NCBI GenBank assembly: GCA_028534125.1
Contig: CM052817.1
Span: 69,628,001-69,692,000 of the forward strand
Length of the DNA: 64,000 bases
Origin: Lama glama
Lineage: Eukaryota
Reading direction: 5' to 3'
Shown: positions 63,666-64,000 of the stretch, piece after piece
How the letters are laid out: every line of letters begins with the position of its first letter
How positions within the stretch are numbered: the stretch's first letter is position 1
Notes under the pieces: model-generated
Database searches by the model: none
The model's input: only the letters and a program-made list of their open reading frames with translations
Told to the model about the DNA's origin: nothing
Position numbers and translations under genes: made by a program

Positions 63666-64000
63666 AGTGTGCACACAGGACTGGGAATGACTACCCGGGT
63701 CTTGGGTTCACAGAAGCTAAACACAACCGATGAGACGGGTACTCTTGCCCAGACTCTAGAGTCACTTGGGAAGACAGACTTCTGGTTAACACATATGGCC
63801 AGGTGGGCAGCTATTTCCTTACAAAACAACCACATTCGCTTGAATTTTCTCAGCCCTATCTGCCCAATTTCTACACAGAAGATATTTTAAAAAGTAGCAC
63901 CAATGACTGAGTTTAACCATTTCTGTAGTGGGTGAGAATTAGTAGCATGATTGTAGGAGGCTTCTAATACTTCAGATCTTAAAAAAGCCTCCCCAGATCT

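Overview
This is mammalian genomic DNA, most likely camelid judging from a tRNA-derived vic-1-like SINE and the absence of Alu, Bov-A/Bov-B or PRE1 SINEs. It is not prokaryotic, so nearly all ORFs in the supplied track are incidental. The window holds the 3' part of PAPSS1 (bifunctional PAPS synthase 1) on the minus strand. Its last three coding exons (53095-52827, 33082-32853, 18504-18366; 269, 230 and 139 bp) have GT-AG junctions, splice in frame and encode the C-terminal ATP-sulfurylase region with the HNGH and GRD motifs. A ~580-nt 3'UTR with two poly(A) signal sites follows. The rest is intron and downstream intergenic sequence dense in transposon relics: L1, L2, MIR, MaLR/ERVL/ERV1 solo LTRs, Tigger and MER elements. 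There are two 500-N assembly gaps, and the first hides the body of a young, TSD-flanked and probably full-length intronic L1. I found no convincing previously undescribed biological system. The best leads are: (1) an orphan ~250-bp CpG-dense, promoter-like element with an 18-bp perfect palindrome ~9.5 kb downstream of the gene; (2) the collapsed L1, with its CpG-rich 5'UTR and antisense ORF; (3) a Pro-to-Ser change in the conserved GFMAPKAW motif; (4) a possible intronic-polyadenylation isoform; (5) several local duplications. Repeat family names and the human-protein comparisons are from memory and need RepeatMasker/Dfam or alignment confirmation.
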